From a virus (taxonomy: Duplodnaviria > Caudoviricetes): a stretch of 27,564 bases of DNA. The first letter of the stretch is position 1, and every line of letters begins with the position of its first letter. Both the position numbers and the translations under genes were made by a program. Below, in pieces: positions 1 through 7,709 of the stretch. Location of the stretch: positions 1-27,564 of the IMG/VR virus record IMGVR_UViG_3300021514_000012; one strand, written 5' to 3'. The notes below the pieces were generated by a model. The model made no database searches. It was not told the origin of the DNA and saw only the letters and a list, made by a program, of their open reading frames with translations.

Positions 1-14
1 CACTGGCTGTTTGG

Positions 15-209
15 ATGCTCCTTCTCCTGATATTTACCTTGACGGGTTGCTCGACGCAGACCGCGCAGCGAAATCCGGCTTTGACTAAGGACTGCGATTA
101 CCCCGCATTAACCAAGGCACACAAGGCACCAAAACAACGTGATGTCGTACTGATTAAACGTGGTGAAGCTTTATCTGAATGCACTGCTAGGATGCGTAAA
201 CTCAGGTAG
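15..209 (+). CDS. Putative o-spanin (Rz1-like lipoprotein); may start upstream of the window
   Basis: Hydrophobic stretch LLLLIFTL then lipobox LTG-C; short mature part with Pro and two more Cys; frame is open to the window edge. Confidence 0.55.
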   Translation: MLLLLIFTLTGCSTQTAQRNPALTKDCDYPALTKAHKAPKQRDVVLIKRGEALSECTARMRKLR

Positions 210-399
210 CAGCCTTCTTGTCTTTTTTTCTTTGCTTCGTAATAAGTCGAGACACCTCTACACTGGCGTTCCTACCAGAGCATGTGTCTTTATGGATTGA
301 ACCGTCAGCGTTTAATGCGCCCCATTCACCACTGTCTAACTTCCTATTAAAAACCACTAAACCACATTTTTTACAGGTTGGTTGATTGTTTTTTTTCAT
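202..399 (-). CDS. Small basic hypothetical protein, possible Zn-binding (CxxC...HxxxC)
   Basis: AAAGGT RBS upstream of ATG; CKKC and HKDTC motifs. Confidence 0.65.
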   Translation of the reverse strand: MKKNNQPTCKKCGLVVFNRKLDSGEWGALNADGSIHKDTCSGRNASVEVSRLITKQRKKDKKAAT

Positions 400-416
400 G
401 ATTACCTTTTTTTAAA

Positions 417-438
417 TATAGAGATACCACGTGTTTCC
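417..438 (-). other. ColE1 RNA II/ori-like motif (GAAA tetraloop hairpin followed by TGGTATCT)
   Basis: Minus strand reads GGAAACACGTGGTATCTCTATA; pUC/ColE1 ori (from memory) reads GGAAACGCCTGGTATCTTTATA, 19/22 identical; local hairpin CGTG-GAAA-CACG. Confidence 0.4.
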
Positions 439-632
439 ACGATAAATTTTCCAATGGTGCATTACTGCAGACAAAGGGCACCCACACGCAGTCTATTGTC
501 ACGCTGTTTTGTGTCGCTCCCAGTACCATGGGATTGACGAGCGCCGTGGATATAATAAATAGCTCTCTGGTTTGGAATCCCAGAGCCTCGAGCGCCAACA
601 TGAGTGTGGGCTTGGTTTTTAAATGTTTTTTA

Positions 633-661
633 TTGACTTCAAGTGGTATGAGGAGGATACT
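633..661 (+). promoter_or_regulatory. Sigma70 promoter for the small antisense RNA
   Basis: TTGACT-17 nt-GATACT. Confidence 0.65.
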
Positions 662-667
662 CTTCAC

Positions 668-744
668 ATCACTTGTAGGTCGCACGCCAACCAAGCGATA
701 CGAGAATGCCCTATTCAGAGAAATCTGTCTAGGGTATTTTTTTT
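668..744 (+). ncRNA. Putative ~77 nt two-hairpin antisense (counter-transcribed) RNA
   Basis: Own promoter; hairpin 672-704 with loop ACGCCAACCAA; terminator hairpin 706-737 plus T8; complementary to the 5' end of the predicted leftward transcript. Confidence 0.6.
706..744 (+). terminator. Intrinsic terminator
   Basis: ATGCCCTATTCAGA-GAAA-TCTGTCTAGGGTAT followed by T-run. Confidence 0.75.
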
Positions 745-750
745 ATCTCA

Positions 751-779
751 ATAATACTGGTTAAATTTTACTCGTCTAA
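751..779 (-). promoter_or_regulatory. Leftward sigma70 promoter, back-to-back with the rightward one
   Basis: Minus strand TTAGAC-17 nt-TATTAT; predicted start near 744. Confidence 0.55.
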
Positions 780-808
780 TTGACACAGCCACTATCTGCT
801 AGTATCTT
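780..808 (+). promoter_or_regulatory. Rightward sigma70 promoter
   Basis: TTGACA-17 nt-TATCTT. Confidence 0.75.
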
Positions 809-815
809 CATAACT

Positions 816-1064
816 ATGAAAAAGCAAAAAATGATTAATCACATCAACATGCTGGCAACCATGAAAAAGGCGCTTGAGCGTAATCGTGGTAACTGGCCAG
901 CTATCGCTATTAAAGCAAAGGTCTCGTACAGCTGGTTGATTCACGTAATGTCAGGACACACTAAGAACCCACGTATTCAGGAATGTCAGCGCGTTCTCGA
1001 TGTTTTGCACCGGATGGCCATGAAGGATAATCCCAAACCTCAGCCATCCACGGCGGTGCAATGA
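816..1064 (+). CDS. Cro-like HTH transcriptional regulator, possibly leaderless
   Basis: WPAIAIKAKVSYSWLIHVMSGHTKNPRI resembles an XRE/Cro HTH; ATG at 816 lies at the predicted start site (the track's TTG start at 780 is the -35 box). Confidence 0.75.
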   Translation: MKKQKMINHINMLATMKKALERNRGNWPAIAIKAKVSYSWLIHVMSGHTKNPRIQECQRVLDVLHRMAMKDNPKPQPSTAVQ

Positions 1065-1103
1065 ACCGGTGCGGTCTAACTAAGGCAGTCGCACAGGTTT
1101 TTG

Positions 1104-1138
1104 GCTCGACGTGAACACATCACGCCGGGCTTTTTTTT
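1104..1138 (+). terminator. Intrinsic terminator
   Basis: GCTCGACGTG-7 nt-CACGCCGGGC followed by T8. Confidence 0.75.
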
Positions 1139-1154
1139 ATCTCAAACAAATAGC

Positions 1155-1183
1155 TTGCATAATTAAACTACCTCAACTATCCT
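1155..1183 (+). promoter_or_regulatory. Early sigma70 promoter
   Basis: TTGCAT-17 nt-TATCCT, followed by leader AGGAGAAGTGAGATG. Confidence 0.65.
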
Positions 1184-1219
1184 AATCTCAACAGTTAGAT
1201 ATTATTTAGGAGAAGTGAG

Positions 1220-1507
1220 ATGGAGTACGAAGCAAAATTTGCTGCAGCTAATATGACGCTGGAAGCAATCCGCAAACAAATTGAATTTGTTCACGACCTG
1301 AATGAATCTCTAAATCTAAAACCCACCCTCGAGCAGTATGAACTGCTTACTAAGTCAGCTATTACATCAATTGCCAGTTACAACCAACTAATCATCGATA
1401 TTAATGACATTGGCGAAATGCTCAGGAAGAAAAGTAACCATAGCGATGATGATTGCGGTTGCGTAGAGCTCGGTAGCGAGTGCCCATCGTGTGAGGTGGA
1501 ACAATAA
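1220..1507 (+). CDS. Hypothetical protein
   Basis: Strong AGGAG RBS; helical body, Cys-rich C-terminus. Confidence 0.75.
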   Translation: MEYEAKFAAANMTLEAIRKQIEFVHDLNESLNLKPTLEQYELLTKSAITSIASYNQLIIDINDIGEMLRKKSNHSDDDCGCVELGSECPSCEVEQ

Positions 1508-1710
1508 TGGCTATGTATAGATGTGAGGAATGCGACCAACTTATAGATGGTGATTACTTTCCTTGCGTTGAGCACCCAACCATCCCGGAAGCATTTTGTT
1601 GTGAGGAGTGTGCAGCTAATCTCGAAGAAGAGGTTGAGATGCAAAAAGAATTTAAACGTATGCGCTCGGCTAATCAGCGTGAAGTTGAGTCAGGCTTAAG
1701 GAGAAAATAA
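1507..1710 (+). CDS. Small Zn-finger-like hypothetical protein
   Basis: CEEC...CCEEC; TAATG stop/start coupling. Confidence 0.7.
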   Translation: MAMYRCEECDQLIDGDYFPCVEHPTIPEAFCCEECAANLEEEVEMQKEFKRMRSANQREVESGLRRK

Positions 1711-1899
1711 ATGTACCTGAAATTAAGAGCTAAAACCGGTGGTGGTCATACGCATGTCACCTTTTTTATGGGCCAAGGCTCAAATTACACGCTGGCAAAC
1801 TGTGGCACCATTGTTGTGAACAATAAAGACCTGCCAGCATTTTTAGGCCGTATCAAGGCCGATGTCATTGAGGATGTAAATGAAAATGATAAGCCGTAA
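1711..1899 (+). CDS. Hypothetical protein
   Basis: AGGAG RBS; abuts neighbouring genes. Confidence 0.7.
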   Translation: MYLKLRAKTGGGHTHVTFFMGQGSNYTLANCGTIVVNNKDLPAFLGRIKADVIEDVNENDKP

Positions 1900-2185
1900 C
1901 CAAACAATTACCGAAGAGCTAAAGGCTCTCGATGACATGATTGAGAAACTAGTTATTGAGCGTGACGTTTATCGTTCCGAGCTGGCCTTACTTTTATGCC
2001 CATTCAGCCTTGACCAAAAAGTTATTAACAAACAAGGGGAGAAAGCGGTTGTTACCACCATTAGTTGGAGCAGCTTTTCCGAAAAATACAAAATGAAGGT
2101 AACGAGAATAAAGAAGAACGGCGAACTTTATCTTGGTGACCAGCGTGTTTGGAGTCGTGATGAATGGAGTGCCTGCGATGAGTGA
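1880..2185 (+). CDS. Hypothetical protein
   Basis: GAGG RBS; tight operon packing. Confidence 0.7.
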   Translation: MKMISRNQTITEELKALDDMIEKLVIERDVYRSELALLLCPFSLDQKVINKQGEKAVVTTISWSSFSEKYKMKVTRIKKNGELYLGDQRVWSRDEWSACDE

Positions 2186-2378
2186 AGAAAACAAACCGGT
2201 TTATCTCGATAGCTACGAGCCTGACTATGAGCAGGAGTGTGAAAATTGTGGCCAGACCCCAGTAGTGACCGGGGTAGCAAAAGGTAAAGTGGTGTACGAC
2301 TCTGGCATGTGTGGACCGTGTACCTTTGGAACGGCTCGGGCAATCGACCCGGCTTGGTGGAACTCAGACGAGGATTAG
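2178..2378 (+). CDS. Small Zn-finger-like hypothetical protein
   Basis: ATG 2178 after GGAG; CENC...CGPC. Confidence 0.7.
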   Translation: MSEENKPVYLDSYEPDYEQECENCGQTPVVTGVAKGKVVYDSGMCGPCTFGTARAIDPAWWNSDED

Positions 2379-2382
2379 TAAA

Positions 2383-2583
2383 ATGCTTGATTGCTATAAC
2401 TGTAAATATAAACGAAATATCCCCGGTGACGCCCATGTCAGCTGTGTAAACCATGACCCAAAAGTGAAGGGTGATGCGCACGGTATTGAGAGTGGCTGGT
2501 TTTTTTACCCGTTAAATTTTGACCCTATCTGGGGTAGTGGCTGCACAAACTTTGAAGCAAAGGAAAATAGAAATGACAGATGA
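2383..2583 (+). CDS. Small Cys-containing phage protein
   Basis: ATG 2383 after GAGGA; CYNC...HVSC...GWFFYPLNFDPIW...C. Confidence 0.7.
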   Translation: MLDCYNCKYKRNIPGDAHVSCVNHDPKVKGDAHGIESGWFFYPLNFDPIWGSGCTNFEAKENRNDR

Positions 2584-3379
2584 AACCGAACAGGTTGACC
2601 AACCAGAAATAGAAGAACTGACAGAATCTGAAGTCGAACGCATTAGTGGCCTCAATATTTACCAGCGCGTTAACGAGGTTCGAAAAGACATCTCATATCT
2701 GCGTAAAGAGAAGCAGGTTGGCTCCGGCAACATGTCTTACAAAGTTGTGACTCATGACCAAGTGACCGGTGCTATTCGTGAATTACTCATTAAGTATGGC
2801 GTGATGGTGGTGCCGAATGAGCTGGACGGTCAGGTTATTTTAACCGGAACAGAGACAGCTGGCGGCACTCCATGGATTCGTTATGAGTCCAAGTACCGCA
2901 TCTCATTCGTTAACTGCGACGACCCTGACCAGAAAATTGACATCGAGGTGGCGGCACATGCATTGGATACCGGTGATAAAGCTCCCGGCAAAGCACTGAG
3001 TTACGCAACCAAAATGGCAATGCTGAAATTATTCTCCATCGAGACAGGTGAAGATGAAGAGGAACGCCCAGAACAACGACGTGGCGACGAAGGGTTCACC
3101 CCGCAGAAACTCTATAAGCGAGCATCGCTTCACATGACTGCTGTTATGGACAACATCGAAACAGTGACAGCCATTAAAGGCTACTTGGCTGCTGGTGATT
3201 TAGACGCAGCCGCTGAGGCATGGGCCGAGGTTACCGACGTCAAGGTTATCAGTGCGCTGGCCATGGCACCAACCAAAGGTGGCTGCTTCACTGTTGCTGA
3301 AGGCAAACTTATGAAGAGTGATGAGTTTAAAGGCTTCATGCTGAATCATCGTCAAGACAATCCGTTAGTTGGATTATAA
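2573..3379 (+). CDS. erf: ERF-family single-strand annealing (recombination) protein
   Basis: NIYQRVNEVRKDI...DTGDKAPGKALSYATKMAMLKLFSIETGEDEE matches the ERF signature; ATG 2573 after AAGGA. Confidence 0.85.
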   Translation: MTDETEQVDQPEIEELTESEVERISGLNIYQRVNEVRKDISYLRKEKQVGSGNMSYKVVTHDQVTGAIRELLIKYGVMVVPNELDGQVILTGTETAGGTPWIRYESKYRISFVNCDDPDQKIDIEVAAHALDTGDKAPGKALSYATKMAMLKLFSIETGEDEEERPEQRRGDEGFTPQKLYKRASLHMTAVMDNIETVTAIKGYLAAGDLDAAAEAWAEVTDVKVISALAMAPTKGGCFTVAEGKLMKSDEFKGFMLNHRQDNPLVGL

Positions 3380-3382
3380 GTC

Positions 3383-3619
3383 ATGACCGACACATGCAAA
3401 AAATGGAGGTCAAGCATAATCAAGATGGTTGAAGACGAAGGCTGCGAATTTATAGAGCTGCGCTGGCACCGTAACCATCTCAAGATATATACAGTTTTAC
3501 CCAGCGGCGAAGAGTTCTTTTTTGTTACCTCATCGTCACCCTAAGACAAACGGTCCTTTATGAATTTAAGGTCCAGCGTCAGAAAAAAAGTAAGGAGCAT
3601 AAATGATGGCACGATGTAA
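3383..3619 (+). pseudogene. Small phage gene (HicA-like fold) interrupted by an in-frame TAA at 3542-3544
   Basis: MTDTCKKW...HRNHLKIY...VTSSSP*DKRSFMNLRSSVRK; frame continues coherently after the stop, where a S/T-P-S-D-x-R motif is expected. Confidence 0.6.
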
Positions 3620-3950
3620 ACATGGCAAAACAGTATCAGACGAATTAATCGAGTCCCTGCCTGAAAATCAAGGCGGACCGGGTCGACACAAGTGTGTAGT
3701 TTGCGCTTATAAGGCTGGCATTAATGCTGGCAAACTTCTCCCAAAATCAAAGGAGGGTGAGGCGTGGGTATTACGTAATAAAAATTATTACATCGTCTTC
3801 CCCCCATGTAGCGGTATAGCGGCACACACTTTCACCGTCATGGCAAAGGCCGAGCATGGTATTAAGCTATCCTACGCACAATTAACCCAGCGTATTGTTA
3901 GCAAGCTTGACTTACTTACTGCTGGAACGCTCAACAAGAGGTCATTATGA
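3603..3950 (+). CDS. Hypothetical protein
   Basis: AAGGAG RBS; CKHG...HKCVVC. Confidence 0.7.
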   Translation: MMARCKHGKTVSDELIESLPENQGGPGRHKCVVCAYKAGINAGKLLPKSKEGEAWVLRNKNYYIVFPPCSGIAAHTFTVMAKAEHGIKLSYAQLTQRIVSKLDLLTAGTLNKRSL

Positions 3951-4258
3951 CAAATGAAACAGAAAGACCGATGCCTGACGCATTTGAGCACCACGGTATG
4001 TATTTACCTCATCACATGATTGGTGGCATTCAGCGCTACATTAGAAACGGCGTTCCACCGGGAAGTTTCCTGTCCGCTGTGATTAACAATGACCTTCAGA
4101 CAGCTTGTGGTTGCGCTGACGACCAGAACGAGCGGATTATCCCGGCATACGTTGCCTACCTGTACAATCATGCCCCTATCGGCAGCTGGGGCTTTTCTGG
4201 CGCTGTAGAAGACTGGACAAAAAGACTTCGTAAGGAGAGAGAAGATGAGCGGATTTAA
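3947..4258 (+). CDS. Conserved phage hypothetical protein
   Basis: GGIQRYIRNGVPPGSFLSAVINNDL...ADD...YLYNHAP..SWG pattern seen in phage proteins; ATGA overlap. Confidence 0.75.
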   Translation: MTNETERPMPDAFEHHGMYLPHHMIGGIQRYIRNGVPPGSFLSAVINNDLQTACGCADDQNERIIPAYVAYLYNHAPIGSWGFSGAVEDWTKRLRKEREDERI

Positions 4259-4583
4259 ACCAGAAATGTTCTCACCACAGCAAATGGCTGAGTTTATAAA
4301 TGAGACCGACCCTGAAAAGGTGCGCGAACTTATCGGTCGCACTATCGACCAAGCTGTTACCGGTATGCGTCAGGCATCAATCTCAATCTCTAATAACCCC
4401 GGTTTCTATGAATTTATTTTAACAGATAACCCGTCCATCGACCGCGAGTCGTTCACCAAAGGCATCGCCGCAGCTATCAGCTCCGTTGAGGGCACAATTT
4501 TAACCGTCGAGTCAAGCATGGAAAGGCTAAAGCAAGAGCTGTATGACGAGGTTCTTAAGTACGCAAACACAACAATGAATTAG
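4245..4583 (+). CDS. Hypothetical protein
   Basis: AAGGAG RBS; operon packing. Confidence 0.7.
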   Translation: MSGFKPEMFSPQQMAEFINETDPEKVRELIGRTIDQAVTGMRQASISISNNPGFYEFILTDNPSIDRESFTKGIAAAISSVEGTILTVESSMERLKQELYDEVLKYANTTMN

Positions 4584-4591
4584 GAGGCACC

Positions 4592-5047
4592 GTGGGCGTT
4601 AATCAGGTAATTTTAATCGGTAATCTTGTTACTGATATTGAGATGCGAACATCGAGCGGTAAGGGTACCAAGATGGTGTCCAACCGCATCGCAATCAATG
4701 AAAAATGGAAGGACAGGGACTCAGGTGAAAATCGTGAGCATACCGAGTACGTGTCACTCGTGTTCTTTGGTCGCCAAGCTGAAGTCGTGGCACAGTATTG
4801 CCATAAAGGCTCAAAACTCTTTATTGAGGGTAAGTGGCAGACACGGAAGTGGTCAGATAATGACGGCAAGGACCAGTACACCACTGAATGCGTCGTTAAG
4901 AGCTTCCAGATGCTGGATAGTCGACCAAAAGGCGGCCCAGTAAACAATCAGGCAGCACAGCCGAAAGGGTCCAACCAAGGGCAACAACGTCAAGGTGTCG
5001 CTGCGCAAGAGCCTGACCCTGACTTCGATGACGATATTCCTTTTTAA
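4592..5047 (+). CDS. ssb: Single-stranded DNA-binding protein
   Basis: VNQVILIGNL OB-fold start, KGSKLFIEGK, acidic tail DFDDDIPF; AGGAGG RBS with GTG start. Confidence 0.95.
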   Translation: MGVNQVILIGNLVTDIEMRTSSGKGTKMVSNRIAINEKWKDRDSGENREHTEYVSLVFFGRQAEVVAQYCHKGSKLFIEGKWQTRKWSDNDGKDQYTTECVVKSFQMLDSRPKGGPVNNQAAQPKGSNQGQQRQGVAAQEPDPDFDDDIPF

Positions 5048-5060
5048 AATCAACAACTTA
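5048..5060 (+). promoter_or_regulatory. IHF-consensus site
   Basis: AATCAACAACTTA fits WATCAANNNNTTR; identical copy at 12140-12152. Confidence 0.55.
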
Positions 5061-5078
5061 TAACAACGAGGTAACAAA

Positions 5079-5591
5079 ATGACTGAAGAAAATATTGGGA
5101 AAGCCATGGCAGATAGCGGCATCTCTGTCGGCAAGCAACTACTTGCTGCATTGGTTGATGAGATTCGCCAGCAAACAAAACCATGGAGTGAGTTAACACA
5201 ATTCGAACAGAACCAAGTTATCTACCGACTCAAGAACCGGGTACGTAATGAAGTGGTTGAGGCGGTTAACATTATTGCAGCAGCTGAGAGACCGGTCCTT
5301 CAGGCAACTGTTGAACAGGTTGTCTTTAAAGGTGGAATCAAAGCAACGCTTGTTATGAATGCTGGAGACCCGGCTGCTCATGATTTGGCTGATGCCGCAG
5401 GCCACCGGGTGCTGATTGTTATCACAAAACCTGACGAAGACACCGAGGGCATGGATGACATCGAGGGTGAAAAGGACCAAGGCGACTTCATTGAAGATGA
5501 GCAGTCAAATGTAGAGGCTGCTATTCAGAAAGCGTGGGACGAAGAAGACAAAAACGAAGCGGTGGTTGAAAGTGGCTCGCTCAAATCTTAA
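5079..5591 (+). CDS. Conserved phage hypothetical protein with acidic tail
   Basis: GAGGT RBS; KPWSELTQFEQ...AVNIIAA...KGGIKATL. Confidence 0.75.
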   Translation: MTEENIGKAMADSGISVGKQLLAALVDEIRQQTKPWSELTQFEQNQVIYRLKNRVRNEVVEAVNIIAAAERPVLQATVEQVVFKGGIKATLVMNAGDPAAHDLADAAGHRVLIVITKPDEDTEGMDDIEGEKDQGDFIEDEQSNVEAAIQKAWDEEDKNEAVVESGSLKS

Positions 5592-5910
5592 GGGGCGCAT
5601 AGACGTCAATCAACCCGAGATTATTGCGTGCTTTAAGAAACTGGGTATGTCTGTGGAAACCACATCCGACTTGGGTGGTGGCTTCCCGGACATTCTCGTA
5701 TCGTTTGGCCACGTCACTGTCCTTGTAGAAATCAAGGATGGTGAGAAGCCACCGAGTAAGCGCAAATTAACCACTGATGAACAGGTCTTTAGGAACAGGA
5801 CTCTCGCGTGGTACGAGGTCATCGAGTCAATTCCGCAAGCTTTTAGCTTGGCGAAAAAGATTCGTAAAGTGGCTTCATTTATTGCACAGGCACAACTCGG
5901 AATCATTTGA
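5572..5910 (+). CDS. VRR-NUC-like PD-(D/E)xK endonuclease/resolvase
   Basis: DVNQPEII...GGFPDILV...LVEIKDG...KLT..EQ. Confidence 0.8.
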   Translation: MARSNLKGRIDVNQPEIIACFKKLGMSVETTSDLGGGFPDILVSFGHVTVLVEIKDGEKPPSKRKLTTDEQVFRNRTLAWYEVIESIPQAFSLAKKIRKVASFIAQAQLGII

Positions 5911-5935
5911 CATACTAGTAAGATTGCACTAGGAT
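5907..5935 (+). promoter_or_regulatory. Early sigma70 promoter
   Basis: TTGACA-17 nt-TAGGAT, followed by leader AGGAGAAGTGAGATG. Confidence 0.75.
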
Positions 5936-5966
5936 AAATATTAGTCAGTTAACGAGGAGAAGTGAG

Positions 5967-6203
5967 ATGAGAAACGCATATTATTACATTGTCGAGAGGT
6001 TCGTAAAAATTAAAGGCGGTGACTCTGTTATCGGAGAGGGTGACTGTTATCAGTGGCAGCCACTTGAAGATGTGAAATTATACAACCATGCAAGCGCCAT
6101 ACGATTCGCCAGAACCAAGCCAGAACTCCCAAAAAACAAAAGCTATAGAGTCGCAAAGCGAGACAATAATGACGTGCTTCTTGAAGTGTGGCCAGTGTTA
6201 TGA
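5967..6203 (+). CDS. Hypothetical protein
   Basis: Strong RBS directly after promoter. Confidence 0.7.
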   Translation: MRNAYYYIVERFVKIKGGDSVIGEGDCYQWQPLEDVKLYNHASAIRFARTKPELPKNKSYRVAKRDNNDVLLEVWPVL

Positions 6204-6505
6204 CATCAACAGAAAATAGAAAAATATATCTGCAAGGCTTTAATGCTGGCGTTAGCCATGGCGCTGCAAAGATAAAAAAACTGGAGGGTGAGCTGAAGGA
6301 AATTAAGAGGCTTGTTGACTGTAAGCACCTAAGAAAACACAGCGTCAGAACAGAAAATGGTTATCAGTACGATTGCCTGACCTGTGGCTATGAGTGGTTC
6401 GAGCTTGATGACCCCATGTCTGAAGATGACAAGTTTGATAAAGCTCAGTTTAAAGCATGGCAGCATCACGAGAAATATTTAAAAGATAGCGGGTACAAAA
6501 AATGA
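6200..6505 (+). CDS. Hypothetical protein with CxH...CxxC
   Basis: ATGA overlap at 6200; CKH...CLTC. Confidence 0.65.
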   Translation: MTSTENRKIYLQGFNAGVSHGAAKIKKLEGELKEIKRLVDCKHLRKHSVRTENGYQYDCLTCGYEWFELDDPMSEDDKFDKAQFKAWQHHEKYLKDSGYKK

Positions 6506-6672
6506 ACCTGAAAGAAATAGTTGACGTATTACGGGTGGTAATTTCAACCTCCCTGCTGGTGGTTAGCGGGTACATGGCAATCATTAGTAATGTCGATGGC
6601 TGGGGTTGGTTCTTATTCGCTGGGTTATTTATTTACCCGACGCAAATCAACATCGACTTTAAGGAAAGATAA
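6502..6672 (+). CDS. 56-aa membrane protein (not in ORF track)
   Basis: MNLKEIVDVLRVVISTSLLVVSGYMAIISNVDGWGWFLFAGLFIYPTQINIDFKER; coupled to both neighbours. Confidence 0.7.
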   Translation: MNLKEIVDVLRVVISTSLLVVSGYMAIISNVDGWGWFLFAGLFIYPTQINIDFKER

Positions 6673-7253
6673 TGACAAAGGCTGAGCTGACTGAGTGGTT
6701 TAGTGACACCTTCTGGCAAACTTATCTGCTTTTAGTTAAGACACCGTTCCCGACCAAATTTAAGCAGGGTAACCGTGGTCAGGCACTGCAGAAAATATTA
6801 TCCATGAACCCATCGGCTGACTTACGCGAGCGGATACAAGCATCATTACTGGCTCAAATAAGGAACCGCAAAAAATTATATAGCCAGTGTGGCTCGATGC
6901 AGAAATACATCGAACGCACTGAGTACCAGAAACTATATGCAAACAGGCATTGCTCAACTTGGTTGAACCAAATGGGCTACGAGGATGAGATACCAACCAT
7001 TGAACAGGTTGAGCTGGAGACACCCGGCGTAGCTCTCACATGCCAGAATAAGGACTGCAACGAGGAACGCATGGGCCCAACGGTTCCATGGTGCCAGCGC
7101 TGCTACCCGGACACACTTTGCTGGACCCCATTACTTAGAAAACAATTTAAGAAAATGGGCTTGGTAAAAAACGAAGGCGAGACCACTGAACAGTGGAACA
7201 GCCGCATTAAACAGGAAGGCATTAAAGCCATCCGTAATAGACTGAAAAGGTGA
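6672..7253 (+). CDS. Protein resembling the C-terminal domain of phage replication/replisome-organiser proteins, plus a Zn finger
   Basis: F..FWQTY...P.K...A...HCSTWLNQ..YEDE; CQNKDC...CQRC; no N-terminal wHTH apparent. Confidence 0.5.
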   Translation: MTKAELTEWFSDTFWQTYLLLVKTPFPTKFKQGNRGQALQKILSMNPSADLRERIQASLLAQIRNRKKLYSQCGSMQKYIERTEYQKLYANRHCSTWLNQMGYEDEIPTIEQVELETPGVALTCQNKDCNEERMGPTVPWCQRCYPDTLCWTPLLRKQFKKMGLVKNEGETTEQWNSRIKQEGIKAIRNRLKR

Positions 7254-7256
7254 TAT

Positions 7257-7709
7257 ATGAAAGACGACAGCGTAGCTACACAGCAAGCAGAAGAACAAAC
7301 TGAAAGTAAAGCTCCAGAAGTGGGAGTTACTGAAAATCAGGACGCTAAAAAACCAAGCGACAAAGAAAAGTTTGAAGAAAAAACCGGTATCACGTACTTC
7401 GATAAAGAAGACATGGTCAACGAGAAGGGTGGCAAGATTAACGTCATTCTTGATGAGTTATATGAAGCCTGCAAAGAAGAAGGTCTCCCATGTGCAGCGT
7501 TCATCAATTACAAAGTCACTGATGCTGGAGACGGTTATGCATGTGAACTGCGTGGTATGCGCGTCAACAACGGTAACGGCTTCATGCCACCTATGCTTCA
7601 AGCGATTATCTCTGTGAGTGAAAATGACACGCTTGCTGATGTTGTAAGAGTTATGTCAAGTGACCCAAAGGCGCTCATGTTAATGAAGCTTTTGGATATG
7701 GCTGACTAA
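7257..7709 (+). CDS. Hypothetical acidic protein
   Basis: AGGTG RBS; 150-aa ORF in operon. Confidence 0.7.
   Translation: MKDDSVATQQAEEQTESKAPEVGVTENQDAKKPSDKEKFEEKTGITYFDKEDMVNEKGGKINVILDELYEACKEEGLPCAAFINYKVTDAGDGYACELRGMRVNNGNGFMPPMLQAIISVSENDTLADVVRVMSSDPKALMLMKLLDMAD

Noticed and set aside
534-556. TTGACG...TATAAT promoter-like pair
   Set aside because: Spacer is only 11 nt
371-764. Track ORFs 371-694 (-) and 528-764 (+)
   Set aside because: No RBS or recognisable motifs; they run across promoters, hairpins and a terminator better explained as RNA elements
3542-3544. Stop-codon reassignment
   Set aside because: TAA, TAG and TGA all end other genes normally and no suppressor tRNA is seen; a single event
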